A stretch of 34,944 bases of DNA from Patescibacteria group bacterium. GTDB lineage: Bacteria > Patescibacteriota > Microgenomatia > Levybacterales > UBA12049. The notes under the pieces are model-generated. The model was not told the origin of the DNA, made no database searches, and worked only from the letters and a program-made list of their open reading frames with translations. This document shows positions 32,777 to 34,944 of the stretch, piece after piece (position 1 is the first letter of the stretch; every line of letters starts with the position of its first letter). The stretch is taken from contig JBBUBI010000032.1 in the NCBI GenBank assembly GCA_038058335.1, forward strand, positions 1-34,944, given 5' to 3'. The translations under genes were made by a program, and so were the position numbers.

Positions 32777-33686
32777 TAAGTCTTAAAAGCTCATAAGTGT
32801 CTGCAAACCTATCCTGACTTCTTAAAACAACAATAATTAAAGTATGGTCGTTATGATTCCTTGAAGTAACAAGCACGTCGCCTGCCTCTTCTGTAAAACC
32901 TGTTTTAATACCATTTACACCTTCTATGCCGAGTAGTTTATTTTTATTTAAAATAAAATAAGGAAAGCCTGAATCATCATAAATATGCTTCTGAGGCGTA
33001 GAAACAACCTTTGCAAAAATTTTATTATCCAGAGCAATCGAAGCAATATTCGATAATTCAATTGCCGTAGTAAATCCGCTCTTATCCAAAAGCCCCGCTG
33101 GGTCATCAAAATGAGTATTTTTCAGTCTCATCTTCTTCACTTCTTCATTCATCTTATCAATAAATTTATTCTCTCCACCTGGATAATTTTGAGCAATTGC
33201 AGTAGCTGCGTCATTTGCAGAAGGCAGCATCATTGCGTACAAAAGATTTCCAAATGTAATTCTTTGCCCCTTAAATAAACCCAAAACAGATCCTTCAGTA
33301 ATTGTATCCTTTACCTCAAGGACATCATCAAGCTTGTAGTTATCAAGTCCAACAAGTGCAGTCATGATCTTTGTAGTTGAAGCAGGAGAAAAGCGCAAAT
33401 TCTTATTCTTCTCATATAAAACCACTTTGCTTTCTTTGTCTATGATGAGTGCCGCCTGGGCAGTAATAAATGGTTCATATCTGTTTTTAAGAAGGGGATA
33501 GCTCTTAACCTCGTGAGCAAAATTTGGATCTTGATTGAGCGATAAGACCAGATACCTTCCTTTCTGAAATATATCTATTACTACAACAAAAAGGAGTAAT
33601 GTCACCAAGAATATGGGGACAAATAAAAAATTGTGCTGAATAACTTTTTTTTTATGAAGCTTAATCTTTCGCAGATAATCTTTCAT
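32736..33686 (-). CDS. Serine-type D-Ala-D-Ala carboxypeptidase (peptidase S11, PBP5-like)
   Basis: SPASTTK (SxxK), LPSANDAA (SxN), IKTGFT (KTG). N-terminal anchor. ATG 33686 preferred over the track's TTG 33689. Confidence 0.88.
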   Translation of the reverse strand: MKDYLRKIKLHKKKVIQHNFLFVPIFLVTLLLFVVVIDIFQKGRYLVLSLNQDPNFAHEVKSYPLLKNRYEPFITAQAALIIDKESKVVLYEKNKNLRFSPASTTKIMTALVGLDNYKLDDVLEVKDTITEGSVLGLFKGQRITFGNLLYAMMLPSANDAATAIAQNYPGGENKFIDKMNEEVKKMRLKNTHFDDPAGLLDKSGFTTAIELSNIASIALDNKIFAKVVSTPQKHIYDDSGFPYFILNKNKLLGIEGVNGIKTGFTEEAGDVLVTSRNHNDHTLIIVVLRSQDRFADTYELLRLINSENLTYLPIRF

Positions 33687-34944
33687 CAATTCTTTCCATA
33701 TCCCTTGGAAATAGGCTTGCCTCCCTTATATTTGATAATCCCAAAAGATCCTTGGTAATTCTTTCAAGTCCCATAGCAAACCCTCCCTCAGGCGGCATTC
33801 CATAAGCAAATGCCTGTAGATATATTTCAAAATTCTCGGGTTTGTTTCCCCACTTTTTGATATTTTCTAAAAGCTTTTTATGATCATTTATTCTCTGTCC
33901 TCCGGTAACCCACTCCTCGCTAATGCCTAGGAGATCAAAGCTTAGGGTGAAATCAGGATCTTTCTCATCCGGCATTGTGTAGAATGGTCTTTTCTTGACA
34001 GGATAATGAGTGATAAACACAAATGGCGCTCCGGTCTCCTCCTCAGCCCATTTACATATTTCTTTCTCGTCCGACGAATCAAGATCCGGTTCATTCCTAT
34101 GATCTCTTTTGGTACGCTTCAGAATTATTTCTTGTGCTTCCCTCATCTTAATTCTTGGAATTTCTTTCTTGATTTCCGGCAATTTTATCCCAAGAATTTT
34201 AACTTCTTTTTCGTTTTCTTTTCTGACCGCTTCAATAATTGACTTAACAACTTTCTCGGCCATATTCATAAGCTCCTCCCATGAATTAATAAATCCCATC
34301 TCAGCATCAAGACTTACGTATTCTGATAAATGCCTTGTAGTTACCGACGGCTCCGCTCTATACGCATGCGCAATCGTAAATACTCTTTCAAAAATCGAAG
34401 TCATTATTTGCTTATACATTTGAGGAGATTGTGCGAGAAATGCTTTCTTATCGTAGTAATCAACCGAAAATACCTCAGCTCCACCTTCAGTTGCGCTTGG
34501 AACTAGTGTTGGGACAAAAATTTCAGTAAATCCTTCATCTTTCAAAGCTTGCCTAAATGCTTTAGCAATGGTCTCCTGAATTTTAAAAATTGCCGTAACT
34601 TTGGGATGACGAAGGGTCAAAGCGCGATGATCTAGAAGCGTAGGAAGCTCCAGATTTAGAGTCTCTCCTCCCATATCAAATGGTAAGGTATTTGCTTTTG
34701 CCAAAATTATTAGATTTTCAACACCAATCTCCACCTTTCCAGTTTCAAGATCTTCGTTAATAGTTGCTTCCGGCCTTTCTTTTACGAATCCCTCAATTTC
34801 GATTACTGATTCCGGACTTAGCTCTAGTGCTTTTTTATAAACTTCCTCGGAAACCTTGGGATTTATGACTAACTGAATTATTCCAGAACGGTCGCGCAAA
34901 TCAATAAAAATTAATTTCCCATGATCACGCCTGGTCTTAACCCA
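33661..34944 (-). CDS. aspS: Aspartyl-tRNA synthetase, archaeal/eukaryotic (type 2, no GAD insertion), 5'-partial
   Basis: The frame is open to the window edge and reads WVKTRRDHGKLIFIDLRDRSGIIQ (OB-fold start). Class II motifs FRAEPSVTTRHLSEY and GGFAMGLERI are present. Only about 428 aa fall in the window. Confidence 0.92.
   Translation of the reverse strand, partial: WVKTRRDHGKLIFIDLRDRSGIIQLVINPKVSEEVYKKALELSPESVIEIEGFVKERPEATINEDLETGKVEIGVENLIILAKANTLPFDMGGETLNLELPTLLDHRALTLRHPKVTAIFKIQETIAKAFRQALKDEGFTEIFVPTLVPSATEGGAEVFSVDYYDKKAFLAQSPQMYKQIMTSIFERVFTIAHAYRAEPSVTTRHLSEYVSLDAEMGFINSWEELMNMAEKVVKSIIEAVRKENEKEVKILGIKLPEIKKEIPRIKMREAQEIILKRTKRDHRNEPDLDSSDEKEICKWAEEETGAPFVFITHYPVKKRPFYTMPDEKDPDFTLSFDLLGISEEWVTGGQRINDHKKLLENIKKWGNKPENFEIYLQAFAYGMPPEGGFAMGLERITKDLLGLSNIREASLFPRDMERIDERLSAKD

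Noticed and set aside
28718-34944. Clustering of tRNA-Gln, gltX and archaeal-type aspS as a special indirect-aminoacylation locus.
   Set aside because: These are ordinary housekeeping genes. No gatCAB or other linking feature is in the window, so co-location alone is not informative.

Overview
AT-rich, very gene-dense chromosomal segment, mostly transcribed on the minus strand, with many 1-8 nt gaps or overlaps between genes. The gene content points to a reduced-genome uncultivated bacterium, possibly CPR/Patescibacteria-like: short archaeal-type AspRS, short GluRS, two RRM-type RNA-binding proteins, several GT-C membrane glycosyltransferases. This placement is inference, not tested.

I support 41 CDS, including two that run off the window edges. 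One of them, a YfhO-like gene at 1..2246, is missing from the ORF track because it has no in-window stop. I also support two tRNAs, Glu-CUC and Gln-CUG. I see no rRNA, CRISPR array, transposase or integrase.

Gene content by region:
- 1-5722: a polyprenyl-phosphate glycosylation operon.
- 5787-6232: tRNA-Glu plus a GIY-YIG cassette.
- 6229-12019: deaminase, PHP phosphoesterase, phosphopantetheinyl transferase, DedA and Lon.
- 12153-14348: DUF1003 protein, PQQ sugar dehydrogenase and an RRM protein.
- 14430-18000: a small toxin/nuclease islet (Cas4-like nuclease, wHTH pair, Doc/AbrB toxin-antitoxin, Fic, Ogt).
- 18124-22014: a sugar-enzyme block headed by a second RRM gene.
- 22224-24569: an HD / hydrolase / FtsK-gamma / SET / NUDIX-like operon.
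- 24622-34944: envelope and translation genes (DgkA, PAP2, GluRS, DD-carboxypeptidase, AspRS).

Most interesting observations:
1. Two single-ORF cassettes of about 300-350 bp, each with its own leaderless-type promoter. Each sits immediately behind a host gene (tRNA-Glu, lon) and is followed by a decayed copy of that host gene's 3' end.
2. At least 11 genes have a -10 box 5-8 nt from the start codon, which suggests leaderless mRNAs. A few genes instead have long structured leaders with strong SD sites.
3. A terminator-containing structured leader precedes a small secreted T/N/G-rich protein.
4. A SET-domain methyltransferase is co-transcribed with a lysine-tailed FtsK-gamma-like mini DNA-binding protein.
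5. A tandem-AcpS phosphopantetheinyl transferase is coupled to a TrpH-like PHP phosphoesterase.

All family assignments were made by eye from motifs. No searches were run.
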